From NCBI GenBank assembly GCA_038231435.1, contig JBBRLJ010000006.1, positions 32,001 to 96,000 of the forward strand: a stretch of 64,000 nt of DNA. Reading direction: 5' to 3'. Both the position numbers and the translations under genes were made by a program. The notes under the pieces were generated by a model. The model did no database searches, was not told the origin of the DNA, and saw nothing but the letters and a program-made list of their open reading frames with translations. Source of the DNA: Planctomycetota bacterium. GTDB taxonomy: Bacteria; Planctomycetota; UBA11346. Position 1 is the first letter of the stretch. Each line of letters starts with the position of its first letter. Shown piece after piece: positions 31,379-43,476 of this stretch.

Positions 31379-31394
31379 GGTTCCACGTGGAACC
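31379..31394. promoter_or_regulatory. parS: parS centromere-like site 2 (GGTTCCACGTGGAACC)
   Basis: Perfect 16-bp palindrome with the parS core, 11 bp after site 1. Confidence 0.92.
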
Positions 31395-31403
31395 TTCTCG
31401 CCC

Positions 31404-32138
31404 ATGACTCGGGTGGTTGCCGTTTCGAATCAAAAGGGCGGCGTGGGAAAGACCACGTCGGTGGTGAATCTCGCGGGCTATTGCGCGCTGGCAGGCAAGC
31501 GTGTCCTGGTCGTTGACAACGATCCCCAGGGAAACGCCTCAAGCGTACTCGCTCAAGGGCTGGGTGACAAATCCGTCTATAGTGGCCAGGCGCCCATCCA
31601 GTCGCGCATGAGTGGCTTGGCGGTCATTCCGGCGAGTCGGGATTTGAACGAGCGAGAACGCTCTCTGTCTGGAGGGGACGGCCGCCTCTCCCTCCGTCGG
31701 GCTCTCGCCCCCTATGTGGCTAGCTTCGACATCATCTTGATCGATTGCCCTCCAAACCTGTCCTTGTTGCCCATCAATGCCCTGCTCGCGGCTGATCGGC
31801 TGCTGCTGCCCCTCCAGTGCGAGTACTTCGCGATGGAGGGCATGGCTCAGCTCCTGGCCTTCATGGAGGATCTCCGCGACGAACAAACTGCCGCCGTTGA
31901 GCTCCTGGGCATCCTGTTGACCATGCACGACGCCGGACATCCTCTCTGCCGACAGGTCGAGACCGACATCCGCGCGCATTTCGGTGAGAGGACCTTTGCG
32001 ACGACCATTCCCAGGGATGTCAGTTTGGCCGCGGCTCCCAGCCATGGTCAGACCATCGGCGAGTATGAACCGTTGAGTCCAGGCGGAATCGCCTACCTTG
32101 CCGCAGCGAAGGAGCTGATCGATGGGCTTGAGCGATAG
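31404..32138 (+). CDS. parA: Chromosome partitioning ATPase ParA/Soj
   Basis: NQKGGVGKTT, DNDPQGNAS, IDCPP, PLQCEYFAMEG, APSHG. Confidence 0.97.
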   Translation: MTRVVAVSNQKGGVGKTTSVVNLAGYCALAGKRVLVVDNDPQGNASSVLAQGLGDKSVYSGQAPIQSRMSGLAVIPASRDLNERERSLSGGDGRLSLRRALAPYVASFDIILIDCPPNLSLLPINALLAADRLLLPLQCEYFAMEGMAQLLAFMEDLRDEQTAAVELLGILLTMHDAGHPLCRQVETDIRAHFGERTFATTIPRDVSLAAAPSHGQTIGEYEPLSPGGIAYLAAAKELIDGLER

Positions 32139-33009
32139 CGGCCTCGGTCGCAGTGTCAGCGACGTGCTGGCGAAGACCATGCGTCGGTCCGAGCCCTCGA
32201 AGGGCTACTTCGAGGTCGATATTGGTCTATTAACCCCTCCAAAGGGCAATCCCCGCACCGATTTCGATCGTGCGGCTTTGGAGGAGCTCGCCGCCAGCAT
32301 CCGCCTCCATGGCATCCTGCAGCCCATCGTGGTCATGAAGCGCGAGGTGGGCTATGAAATCCTTTCCGGTGAACGTCGGTACCGAGCGGCAAAGCTCGCT
32401 GGCTTGGCCAAAGTGCCTGTGGTCGTGCGCGAGGAGGACAATCCGCAACACCTCGCTGAGCTCCGCCTCGTCGAGAACATCCAGCGCGAAAATCTTAATC
32501 CCATAGAACTTGCGGCCGCTTACAAGTCCCTGCTCGAGCTCCATCACCTCACTCACGATGATTTGGCCGCCAGGGTCAATAAGGACCGCAGCAGCGTCAC
32601 CAACGCGATGCGCTTGCTGACTCTCCCCGAGCGGATCCGTCAGCTGGTCGCCAATGGCAGCTTGACCCTCGGTCACGCCAAGGCCCTGCTCTCGTGCGAG
32701 GACCTGGCCTGGCAGACGAGCCTCTGCGACCGCATCGTCGGGGACGGGCTGTCGGTCCGCGAAGCCGAACGCCTGGCGAAAGAGGGGGCGCCCAAGGCGG
32801 TCGCGGCGCCGGCCGAGAAGCCCTCGCACATCCGCGAGCTCGAGGGCAATCTCTTCCGCCTGCTCGGTACCCGCGTGGTGGTGAAAGAGAAAGGCGGCAA
32901 GGGCACGCTCTCCCTGCGCTTCGACAGCAAGGACCAGTTCCAGCGCGTCGTCGCGATCATGGAGCGCTTCGTCAAGCAGGCCTCGCTCGAAGACAAGCCG
33001 CCAAAGTAG
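32122..33009 (+). CDS. parB: Chromosome partitioning protein ParB/Spo0J
   Basis: [47 protein letters not shown]. Confidence 0.97.
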   Translation: MGLSDSGLGRSVSDVLAKTMRRSEPSKGYFEVDIGLLTPPKGNPRTDFDRAALEELAASIRLHGILQPIVVMKREVGYEILSGERRYRAAKLAGLAKVPVVVREEDNPQHLAELRLVENIQRENLNPIELAAAYKSLLELHHLTHDDLAARVNKDRSSVTNAMRLLTLPERIRQLVANGSLTLGHAKALLSCEDLAWQTSLCDRIVGDGLSVREAERLAKEGAPKAVAAPAEKPSHIRELEGNLFRLLGTRVVVKEKGGKGTLSLRFDSKDQFQRVVAIMERFVKQASLEDKPPK

Positions 33010-33137
33010 TCGGCAGCCCGGGGCCTCTGGCAGGTGGCGCTGGGCGAAGCTCCTGCCGCCTGGAAGGCCCTCCGCCGCATAGCGTCGAAATGAGATGAGA
33101 TGAGCGAAGCGAGGTCGGCGACGGCGCCGCCAGGCCG

Positions 33138-33359
33138 TCAGTGGCAGCCGCAGGCGGACTCGGCGCACGCTTCCAGCGCGACGCGAGAGACCTCGAGGAT
33201 GCACACCCAGGTCACCGGATCGGTCATGACGTCGATGGTCGCCGTCGCGGGAGTCAGCAGGGTCTTGCCGCTGATCTCCGCGACATGCCGGGCCTGGTAG
33301 GCGAACGCGCTATCGCGGCGCTCGGTCCACGGATGCGACCACATGCTGCGCGGGTGCAT
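33138..33359 (-). CDS. Small hypothetical protein (73 aa) with Cys/His-rich C-terminus
   Basis: ORF fills the parB-ppdK gap; near-consensus sigma70 promoter ends 6 nt before the ATG; ends CAESACGCH. Confidence 0.55.
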   Translation of the reverse strand: MHPRSMWSHPWTERRDSAFAYQARHVAEISGKTLLTPATATIDVMTDPVTWVCILEVSRVALEACAESACGCH

Positions 33360-33365
33360 GAGCCA

Positions 33366-33393
33366 AATGTAGCCATTCGTTAACTTATGTCAA
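33366..33393 (-). promoter_or_regulatory. Sigma70-type promoter TTGACA-N16-TACATT
   Basis: Minus strand reads ttgaca taagttaacgaatggc tacatt tggctc ATG, in an AT-rich patch. Confidence 0.7.
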
Positions 33394-33420
33394 TCCTCGG
33401 ATGGGGTCTGGAAACGAAGA

Positions 33421-33446
33421 ACCCCCGGGAACGACTCCCCGGGGGT
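33421..33446 (-). terminator. Probable intrinsic terminator of ppdK
   Basis: ACCCCCGGG...CCCGGGGGT stem followed by TCTTCGTTT on the minus strand, 26 nt after the ppdK stop. Confidence 0.65.
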
Positions 33447-33472
33447 CTAGCGGGCCTCTGGAAGGCGTTCGA

Positions 33473-36424
<2,952 letters not shown>

Positions 36425-36534
36425 GTGCGGATCCTTTGCTCGGGAAATTGCCGACACGGGCGCGGGGGGCGCCCGTCGGAAGGGTCTGGCACGATAGGGA
36501 GCGATCGGCTGCGGTCAACGCGCGCTCACGACGA

Positions 36535-37776
36535 TTATGCGCCCTCGGCGAGCATCGCGCGGGCTAGCGCGATGCCCTCGTCCCGGCTCCGGAAACGACC
36601 CTCCAGTTGGGCGTCTTCGAGCCTCGCCAGGGTCTCGCCGAGCCGTGGCCCGGGACGGACGCCGAGCTCGATGAGGTCCGCGGCGCGGATGGACGGCTTC
36701 CAATCGGGCTCGGTCGCCTCGCGCGCGAGCGCGGCCTCGAGGGCTGTGGTCGCCTCTGCGGCCGGTGCGCTGGCGCGCGCAGCCTGCAGCAGCAGGGGGG
36801 CCGAGGGATCGCGGGCCAGGCGCCGGCCCTGGGCGACCGGCAGCGCCATGAAGCCGTCGAGCGCGCGCAGCCGCTCGACCAGCCAGGATACCTGGCGCAC
36901 GAACGCCTTCTGGAGCGGCATCGCGGCGAGCCACGCCGCGCTCGCCCGCGGCCCGGTCGGCGCCAGCCACACCGCAGCCTTGGCTGGCAGGGCCGCATCA
37001 TCGGCGATGGCGTCGAGCGCGCGTCCGAGCCGTTCCGACTCCGCCTCGGACAGCTCGGCGACCGGCGGGCACAGTTCGCGCAGCTTGCCGCTACGCGTCA
37101 GCAACACGAGCCACGCGCTACGATGCTGCCCGCCCAGCGCCTTGAACCACTCCTGCACCAGCCGTTCGCCGCTGAGCCCCGCGAGCGGAGTAGCGACGAT
37201 CGCCCGCCAGGTCTCGGGTTCGATCTCGAGCCCGAGCGCGGCGGCGAAGCGCAGCCCGCGCAGCACCCGCAGGCGGTCCTCGCGCAGGCGCGCCGCGGCG
37301 TCACCCACCGCACGCAGCAGCCGTGCGCGCAGATCCGCCAAGCCCCCGACATGATCGAAGACGAGCCCCGAGAGGGGGTCCAAGAGCAGTGCATTCACCG
37401 TGAAATCTCGGCGTTCCACGTCATCGCGCGCGGTCCCGTAAGTGACGCCCACCGGCCGACGGCCATCGATGTATGCACCGTCATGGCGAAAGGTCGCGAC
37501 CTCGATGTTCGCACCGCTCGGCGCGACCACGATGATCACCCCGAAGCTCTTGCCGACGGCCACGGTGCGCGGGAACAACGCCTCGACCCGCTCGGGCGGA
37601 GCGTCGGTGGCGATGTCGATGTCCTTCACCGCGCGCGCCAACAGCAGATCGCGCACGCACCCGCCGACGTACCACGCCTCGTGGCCCGCCATGCGCAACG
37701 TCTCCGCCACCGCGCGCGCCTCCTCCCACGGCGCCCCGCTGGGCAACGCCACGATTGTCGGTTGCGGGTTGCTCAT
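36535..37776 (-). CDS. cca: CCA tRNA nucleotidyltransferase / poly(A) polymerase family
   Basis: VGGCVRD, DIDIAT, EVATFR, RRDFTVNA, EDRLRVLR. Confidence 0.9.
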   Translation of the reverse strand: MSNPQPTIVALPSGAPWEEARAVAETLRMAGHEAWYVGGCVRDLLLARAVKDIDIATDAPPERVEALFPRTVAVGKSFGVIIVVAPSGANIEVATFRHDGAYIDGRRPVGVTYGTARDDVERRDFTVNALLLDPLSGLVFDHVGGLADLRARLLRAVGDAAARLREDRLRVLRGLRFAAALGLEIEPETWRAIVATPLAGLSGERLVQEWFKALGGQHRSAWLVLLTRSGKLRELCPPVAELSEAESERLGRALDAIADDAALPAKAAVWLAPTGPRASAAWLAAMPLQKAFVRQVSWLVERLRALDGFMALPVAQGRRLARDPSAPLLLQAARASAPAAEATTALEAALAREATEPDWKPSIRAADLIELGVRPGPRLGETLARLEDAQLEGRFRSRDEGIALARAMLAEGA

Positions 37777-37945
37777 GATCCCAGCTTGTACGGCCACTAA
37801 CTCAGGGAAATGCGCGTCTTCCCTCGCAGGCGAGGACCGTTATCGACATCGAGGCCGAGTCGGCGACGCCGAAACGTTGGCAGCGACAGCGTGAACGCCC
37901 GAGACGACTCCGACGTCGTCGACAACGGCCGCAGCTGCCCGCAGC

Positions 37946-39091
37946 TCAGGACGGCAGGCTGATCGGCATGATCAGATACGTCGCGCCCGGCTCGCGCATG
38001 ATCAGGCCGCGCGACAGTTCGACGGTGATGCGTTCTGATTTGTACACGCGCAGCACGTCGCTGAGATACTGGGAATTGATGCCCAGTTTGTTCGCCGCAC
38101 CTGAATACGTGCAGGTCACCGGGATGCGCGCGCTGCCGTTGGTGTAGTTCAGGTTCGAGAACACCGCCTGATCGTGCTCGAGCGTGAGCACGATGCCGCG
38201 GCTGGTCTGATTGGTCATCAGCGCGGCGCGGCGCACCGCCGAGGCGAGCTCGCCGGCCTGGAAGGTGACGCTGGTCGCGGTCGATGCGGGCAGGGCGTTG
38301 CGGTAGGCGGGGAAATTGCCTTCGACCAGGCGGCTGGTGAGCTCGACCTGCAGGCCGGTCGCCATGATCAGGCGCACGAACACGAGTTTTCCCGCGAACG
38401 CGAGATCGACCTGATCGGGCTGGGTCGAGCCGAGGATGCGCTGGAGATGGCTGATGGTGATCGCTGGAACCACGGCCTGCACCGCTTCGCCGCTGAAGCT
38501 CTCCTTCTTTTCGATCGCCTCGCACAGCACCTTGCCATCGGTTGCGGCGAGCACGAGTTCGCCGTTGCCGACCGAGATGTACATGCCGGAGAGCACCGCG
38601 CTGGTGCGGTCCTTGTCCATGGCGAACACGGTCTGGCGGACCATCTCCTCGAAACGCGCGCCGTTGATCGCCGTCGAACGCACGTCGGTCGGGAAGAACG
38701 ACACCGGCGGGAAGGTCTCGCCGACGATGGCCGGAATCTGGTAATCGCCGTCGCCGAGCGCGATATGCAGCAGGCTCTGCTCACCCTTGCCCTCGAGCGT
38801 CAGCGACACCGACTGCGACGAGGACTCCTTGAGGATCACCGCCAGCTGCCTGGCCTGGACCACGGCCTGGCCTGATCCGCGCACCTGGACCTTGCGCACC
38901 ATGCTGCGCAGACCGACCTGCAGATCGGTGGCGACGATCTCGAGATGGTCATCCTTGGCATCGAGCAGCAGGTTGGTGAGGATCGGCTTGGTGCTGTTCG
39001 AAGGCACGACCGCATCCGCGGCTTGGATGGCCGCCAACAGGTGGTCACGATCGCACTGGAGGTTCAGTGCCTTGAGGACAGATGGTTCCAT
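37946..39091 (-). CDS. dnaN: DNA polymerase III beta sliding clamp
   Basis: KPILTNLL, ATDLQ, QTVFA, ATDG, SRLVEGNFPAY, C-terminal YLIMPI. Confidence 0.95.
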   Translation of the reverse strand: MEPSVLKALNLQCDRDHLLAAIQAADAVVPSNSTKPILTNLLLDAKDDHLEIVATDLQVGLRSMVRKVQVRGSGQAVVQARQLAVILKESSSQSVSLTLEGKGEQSLLHIALGDGDYQIPAIVGETFPPVSFFPTDVRSTAINGARFEEMVRQTVFAMDKDRTSAVLSGMYISVGNGELVLAATDGKVLCEAIEKKESFSGEAVQAVVPAITISHLQRILGSTQPDQVDLAFAGKLVFVRLIMATGLQVELTSRLVEGNFPAYRNALPASTATSVTFQAGELASAVRRAALMTNQTSRGIVLTLEHDQAVFSNLNYTNGSARIPVTCTYSGAANKLGINSQYLSDVLRVYKSERITVELSRGLIMREPGATYLIMPISLPS

Positions 39092-39129
39092 AGGTGTTTA
39101 GGACTCTATTCCTCTTATTCCCTCTGCCA

Positions 39130-39290
39130 CGACTAAAGCGGCTAAAACCATGCAAGCCGGAACGATCCGAGGACTTAGCCAAGTCGAAGGAGTTGTCGGC
39201 CCGTGCGCGCGAGCGTGCCGCTTTCCGACGCTTCCGACGGACCGGCTCGTCGGAGGACTCGCGAATGGCTGAAGCTCGCGCTTTTAGCCG
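39130..39290. repeat. Cluster of nine degenerate 9-mers (candidate initiator boxes / oriC)
   Basis: TTTTAGCCG x2, CTTTAGTCG, ACTTAGCCA, CTTCAGCCA, TTTCCGACG, CTTCCGACG, CCTCCGACG, CCTTCGACT on both strands, three abutting pairs, directly upstream of dnaN. Confidence 0.5.
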
Positions 39291-39363
39291 GCGTCTGGCG
39301 TGCCGCTGTCGGGCTATCGTCGTGGTCCTTGAGTATGCTCCCGAGCGCATGGATACTGCCTCC

Positions 39364-39903
39364 ATGCACGGTGTCAGGATCCTCGCGTGGCTGGTGATCG
39401 GAAGCGGAGCACTTGGCTCGGCCGGCTGCCTGCAGACCCTGGTCGGCGCGATGATCGCTCCCGAGAGCGTGGCCGCCGCTGGCGCCTCCGGAGGCGTCAA
39501 CGCCCTCGCCTCGGCGGTCTCGGGCGAAGACCTCGGCTCGATGACCGACGTGGCATCGACCGCCGCGGACATCGACCGCATCCTCGCCGCCCATCCCGAT
39601 GCCGTGAATCGCCCGGAGCTGGAGGCTCTGAGGGATGAACTGAAGATGAAATCCATGCCGGAAGCCGCGCACCATCGCGAAGGCTCCGCCGCCGCCGAAC
39701 CCGACCGGCTTGCCGAGCGCGACCGCCGCGTCACCGTGCCGATCGACCACGACATGCAGCCAGACGCCCTGGTGATCGAGACGCCACCGCCGCGCAAGCG
39801 CGGACCGTCCAAGGGGCCCGAGGCCTTCCCCGAGCCCACCAACCTCGATTGCTGGCAGCCCCAGTGGCACGTGCTCGACACGGAGCCCGTCCGGCTGCGC
39901 TGA
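39364..39903 (+). CDS. Hypothetical lipoprotein
   Basis: Hydrophobic leader with lipobox-like SAG|C; no family recognised. Confidence 0.65.
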   Translation: MHGVRILAWLVIGSGALGSAGCLQTLVGAMIAPESVAAAGASGGVNALASAVSGEDLGSMTDVASTAADIDRILAAHPDAVNRPELEALRDELKMKSMPEAAHHREGSAAAEPDRLAERDRRVTVPIDHDMQPDALVIETPPPRKRGPSKGPEAFPEPTNLDCWQPQWHVLDTEPVRLR

Positions 39904-40067
39904 ATTGCGGGGGCTTTGCCCCCGGCCCCCCACGTCCTTTATCGCCCGTCATCCTGGCCCAGCGGTCCAGGATGTTTGCGTGATGGGCTCCGCCCATTGT
40001 TCACGCAAACCGGGTCTCGGCGGCCGGCGGCTTCAGCCCCGGTTTGTTGGGAGAATATGGGAGAAGC

Positions 40068-40589
40068 TCAAGCGGGCTTGACGGCTTCTGACGGGCCGTC
40101 GAGGGCGATCACGTCCATCAGGTTCATGCGCACCTGATCCTCCTCGGCGGCGTTCATGCCCGGATCGCGCAGGCGGTGGACCACACCCCGGGGACGGTCC
40201 TCGAGCAGCAGGAAGGTGCCGCTGGACTCCTTCAGCACCGATAACACGTGCAATTTGCGCATGCGCGCGAGGCACAGGGCGACGACATAGCAGAAGCATT
40301 GGCTCGGGCGGTCCTTCGCGTCCTTCAGATCGGCGAAGATGCGGCCGAGCGACACCGCGTCGAGCTTGAGGGCGCGGCGCTTGCGGTCGGGCTGGGGCAC
40401 CGACTGGCGCCACCAGCTGAGGAAGGCCGCGGGATCCTGGGCAGGCCAGGCCTCGGCCGAGAAATCGCTGCGCGCGAACAGCCCGTGGGTCAGGCGCAGG
40501 GCCGAGAAGAAGGTCTCTCCTGGGGCCAGGGCCCGCGCGGTGGCCGCGCACACCAATTTCGGCTGTTCGATCTTGCCGTCCCACTCCAT
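40068..40589 (-). CDS. Hypothetical protein
   Basis: MEWDGKIEQPKLVCAAT..GETFFSAL..R.DF..W..SWW; globular-looking, typical codon usage. Confidence 0.7.
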   Translation of the reverse strand: MEWDGKIEQPKLVCAATARALAPGETFFSALRLTHGLFARSDFSAEAWPAQDPAAFLSWWRQSVPQPDRKRRALKLDAVSLGRIFADLKDAKDRPSQCFCYVVALCLARMRKLHVLSVLKESSGTFLLLEDRPRGVVHRLRDPGMNAAEEDQVRMNLMDVIALDGPSEAVKPA

Positions 40590-40733
40590 GCGCCGGCTCC
40601 TGCCGCAGCCTAGCGCGCAGTGGCAACGGACAACTCCCGTCATCCGATGGCCGATACGCCACGGGATGACCGAGCGCGGAGACCCGGGCCGGAAGGGATT
40701 CCCAAGCGCCCTCGCGCGGAGATGATGCGAGCG

Positions 40734-42569
40734 ATGGCCCCCACCATACATGCCGGCGTGAGCCGCTGGGTCGACGAGATCACCGCGCTGTGCGCTCCGT
40801 CGCGCGTGCACTGGTGCGATGGCTCCGAAGGCGAATACCGGAGCCTCTGCGACCGCCTGGTCGCCGCAGGCACCTTCACGCCGCTCGCCGCGCGGCCGCG
40901 CAGCTACGTATGTCGCACCCACCCCAGCGATACCGCGCGCGTCGAGGACCGCACCTTCATCTGCAGTCTCAAGAAAGAGGATGCGGGCCCCACCAACCAC
41001 TGGGCTGAACCGCTCGCCATGAAGCAGACACTGCTGGCGAAGTTCCGTGGCAGCATGGCCGGGCGCACCATGTACGTGATCCCCTTCTGCATGGGCCCGC
41101 TCGGCTCGCCGCTCTCGCGCATCGGCGTCGAGATCACCGATTCCGCCTACGTCGCGGTCAGCATGCGCGCGATGACGCGCATGGGCGCCGGAGTGCTCCG
41201 ACAGTTGGAGAAGCAGGGAAAGCCGGGCGCTGAAAGCGCCTTCGTGCCATGTCTGCATTCACTCGGCGCTCCGCTCGCCCCCGGCCAGCTCGACGTGCCG
41301 TGGCCGTGCGCGCCCGATCCGGCGGATAAGTACATCGTGCATTTCCCCGACGATCCCAGCATCTGGTCGTTCGGATCCGGATACGGCGGCAACGCCCTGC
41401 TCGGCAAGAAGTGCCTCGCCCTGCGCATCGCCTCGACGCTCGCGCGGCGCGAGGGCTGGATGGCCGAGCACATGCTCATCCTGTCGCTGACCTCGCCCGC
41501 GGGCGCGACCCGCTATATCACCGCCGCCTTCCCGAGCGCCTGCGGCAAGACCAATCTCGCCATGCTGACGCCGAGCCTGCCTGGCTGGACGGTGCGCTGC
41601 GTCGGCGACGACATTGCCTGGATGCACGTCGGGCCCGATGGGATGTTGCGCGCGGTGAATCCCGAGGCCGGCTTCTTCGGCGTCGCGCCGGGGACCTCCG
41701 AGCATTCGAACCCGAACGCGATGGCGAGCATCCGCAGCGACACCATCTTCACCAACGTCGCGACCACGCCCGACGGCGACGTGTGGTGGGAAGGGATGAC
41801 CGAGGCTCCGCCCGCCGGGCTGGTGGATTGGCACGGCAAGCCGTGGGATCCGGGCAGCGGGGAGCCGGCGGCGCAACCCAACGCGCGCTTCACGGTGCCC
41901 ATCGCGCACTGCCCGGTGCTCGATCCGCACTGGGACGATCCCGAGGGCGTGCCGATCTCGGCGATCGTCTTCGGCGGGCGGCGTCCCGGCACCATCCCGC
42001 TGGTGAACGAGGCCCTGTCGTGGGAGCACGGCGTCTTCCTCGGCTCGACCATCGCCTCAGAGACCACCGCGGCGAGCACGCAGCAGACCGGCGTGCTCCG
42101 CCGTGACCCGTTCGCCATGTTCCCGTTCTGCGGCTACCACATGGGCGACTACTTCGCCCACTGGTTGGCCATGGGCCGGGCGCTTGGCGCAAACGCACCG
42201 CGCGTGTTCTGCGTCAATTGGTTCCGCAAGGATGCGGCCGGGCACTACCTGTGGCCGGGATACGGCGAGAACATCCGCGTGCTGAAGTGGATGTGCGAGC
42301 GCATGGACGGCGAGGACGTGGCCGAGCGCACCGACATCGGCTGGCTGCCCAAGGCCGGGTCGCTCGATCTCTCCGGCCTCGAGCTATCCGAGACGACGAA
42401 GAACGACCTGCGCGCCGTCGACAAGGACGGCTGGCGCCGCGAAGTCCACGCCGTCTCCGACCATTACGCCAAGTTCGAGCCCCGCCTGCCCGCCGCCCTG
42501 GCCGGCGAGCTGCGCGCCCTCAAGCAGCGGCTCGGCATCCTGAGCCACCGCATCGGCGTGCAGCCGTGA
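40734..42569 (+). CDS. pckG: Phosphoenolpyruvate carboxykinase (GTP)
   Basis: [53 protein letters not shown]. Confidence 0.98.
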   Translation: MAPTIHAGVSRWVDEITALCAPSRVHWCDGSEGEYRSLCDRLVAAGTFTPLAARPRSYVCRTHPSDTARVEDRTFICSLKKEDAGPTNHWAEPLAMKQTLLAKFRGSMAGRTMYVIPFCMGPLGSPLSRIGVEITDSAYVAVSMRAMTRMGAGVLRQLEKQGKPGAESAFVPCLHSLGAPLAPGQLDVPWPCAPDPADKYIVHFPDDPSIWSFGSGYGGNALLGKKCLALRIASTLARREGWMAEHMLILSLTSPAGATRYITAAFPSACGKTNLAMLTPSLPGWTVRCVGDDIAWMHVGPDGMLRAVNPEAGFFGVAPGTSEHSNPNAMASIRSDTIFTNVATTPDGDVWWEGMTEAPPAGLVDWHGKPWDPGSGEPAAQPNARFTVPIAHCPVLDPHWDDPEGVPISAIVFGGRRPGTIPLVNEALSWEHGVFLGSTIASETTAASTQQTGVLRRDPFAMFPFCGYHMGDYFAHWLAMGRALGANAPRVFCVNWFRKDAAGHYLWPGYGENIRVLKWMCERMDGEDVAERTDIGWLPKAGSLDLSGLELSETTKNDLRAVDKDGWRREVHAVSDHYAKFEPRLPAALAGELRALKQRLGILSHRIGVQP

Positions 42570-42684
42570 TCCCGATCCGGTCTCGCCGGCAACGCCCCGC
42601 GCTCCCGCGCGTATGCCTTGGACGGGGCGTAACCTTATGGCGGAACACGACCGAAACCCCTTGCCGGCTGACGTGGAGCATCGC

Positions 42685-43461
42685 ATGAATTTTCTGGTAC
42701 GAGCCTGCCTGATCGCGGGCATCCCGGTGCTGGCGACGGCTTGGTCGACCCGCCTGTCCGCGGCGGATGATGGCGCGCCGGCGGTGGCAGTCTCGGTGAA
42801 GCTCACGGCTGACGCCTCCATCGGCAATCGAGCCGACAGCGGCGCTGACATCCGCGCCGAGGCAGTGGCCCTCCACCAGGCCCGTCTCGCCGGTACGGTG
42901 TCGCGGCTCGAGCGCGAGCTCGGATCCTTCCCCGACGACCCCGACGGGATCGTCGCCGCGCGCCGCGGGTCCGACGCCGTCGCCGGCCTCGAGGTCTGGG
43001 ATCTCAACGCCGAGCGCACCATGCTGCGCCGCCGCATCGACGCCCTGCGCGAGCGCATCACGCTGTTCGAGCAGATCGACCAGCGCCAGGACAAGCTCGA
43101 CCGCGCGCGCCTGGTCGAGCACCAGGAGGCGATGGTCTCGCTCGCGACCGACCGCGCCTATGCAGGCAAGCGCAAGACCGAGACCGAGATCCGCCTCACC
43201 TCCAGCGAATGGACGGCCGCTCGCCGCCAGGCGAAGCTCGAAATGCTCGCGGACGTCCGCCGCGAGCTCGACGCGCTCGTGCTGCCGGCGACTCCAGCGA
43301 GCGCCACGCAAGTGGAGATCCGCGTGCCCATCACCGTCGAGCCGGCCCACGTCGACTCGGCAAAGTCCGATGAGGTGAAGACCGAGGCCGCGCCCGCTCC
43401 CCAAGCAGAGCAGGCCCCGGCTGCGCCCGTTGCGGAGCCCGTACCGGCCCCGCAGCCCTGA
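42685..43461 (+). CDS. Hypothetical secreted coiled-coil protein
   Basis: Signal-peptide-like N-terminus, helical charged core, Pro/Ala tail. Confidence 0.7.
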   Translation: MNFLVRACLIAGIPVLATAWSTRLSAADDGAPAVAVSVKLTADASIGNRADSGADIRAEAVALHQARLAGTVSRLERELGSFPDDPDGIVAARRGSDAVAGLEVWDLNAERTMLRRRIDALRERITLFEQIDQRQDKLDRARLVEHQEAMVSLATDRAYAGKRKTETEIRLTSSEWTAARRQAKLEMLADVRRELDALVLPATPASATQVEIRVPITVEPAHVDSAKSDEVKTEAAPAPQAEQAPAAPVAEPVPAPQP

Positions 43462-43476
43462 TGCGTCCTCGACGGT

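Noticed and set aside
37411..37426. Partial parS-like GTTCCACGT inside cca
   Set aside because: Only a half site; the right arm is not palindromic.
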